A stretch of DNA of 63,985 bases, the filler included, from Barthelona sp. PAP020 (taxonomy: Eukaryota): the NCBI GenBank assembly GCA_040182905.1. It is 4 parts of 4 records of this genome, joined end to end, with 100 filler letters (N's around TTAATTAATTAA, not from the genome) between each part and the next. Parts side by side here need not be neighbours in the genome. Positions count along the whole stretch, not along the records: positions 51,874 to 63,985 come from JARQWU010000351.1; 3 more parts are not named here. The stretch is one strand, 5' to 3'. The translations under genes and the position numbers were made by a program. This document shows positions 63,746 to 63,985 of this stretch, in pieces; position 1 is the first letter of the stretch, and each line of letters begins with the position of its first letter. The notes below the pieces were generated by a model. The model was given only the letters and a program-made list of their open reading frames with translations. It ran no database searches and was not told the origin of the DNA.

Positions 63746-63985
63746 TAAACATTTATTATTATTGTCGTGTGAATGTGTTGACCAAAACAGCAAAGATATT
63801 ATGGAGTAATTTCCCCAACCCCAGTTAGTAAAGTGTTCGTAGCAAAGCGGACGGATTTCACGTAAAAGACAATATAAATGTGTTTAAGGTTTCTTCTTGC
63901 AATTTCTGATATTAATGGATATCAAAATTGAAAGTGAAATAACAACAAAGAATCAAATGATTCAGGGTAATAAGGATGCAAGTGT

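Noticed and set aside
1..63985. Non-standard genetic code, tRNA/rRNA genes, or an encoded transposase/reverse transcriptase
   Set aside because: TAA, TAG and TGA all terminate conserved genes at expected positions; no cloverleaf, rRNA-like block or DDE/RT motif seen

Overview
AT-rich, very gene-dense eukaryotic DNA using the standard code. It is intron-poor, with three 39-40 nt GT-AG introns found by hand. Flagellar genes (ZMYND10, TTLL1, CCDC13-like, ENO4-like, a Dpy-30-motif protein) point to a flagellated protist; the compaction and the branch-point-proximal 3' splice sites are metamonad-like, which is inference only. About 37 genes are present, mostly housekeeping (LIG1, dynamin-related GTPase, IscU, VPS36, WRNIP1, UAP1, ABCC, SNF5, Pelota, NCAPG2, DPM3 and others). 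Three 100-bp N44-TTAATTAATTAA-N44 blocks are artificial contig linkers, so adjacency across them is unproven. The most striking signal is a dispersed, modular accessory gene family. An ankyrin array (377-2266) and a WD40 array (34582-35366) carry the same unrecognised 82-aa C-terminal domain (CWDLVDINExNGGN plus acidic tail), and a third copy of the tail's end survives at 51874-51923. A kinase-ankyrin gene (31937-33811) shares the ankyrin gene's cap module and pool of 99-bp units. The ankyrin, kinase-ankyrin and WD40 loci are tagged by a ~180-bp non-coding repeat (4 copies plus a remnant, forming inverted pairs, containing CACAGTG), and the three tailed genes share a 3' motif. This looks like a mix-and-match repeat-sensor/effector repertoire spread with a mobile or recombinogenic element.
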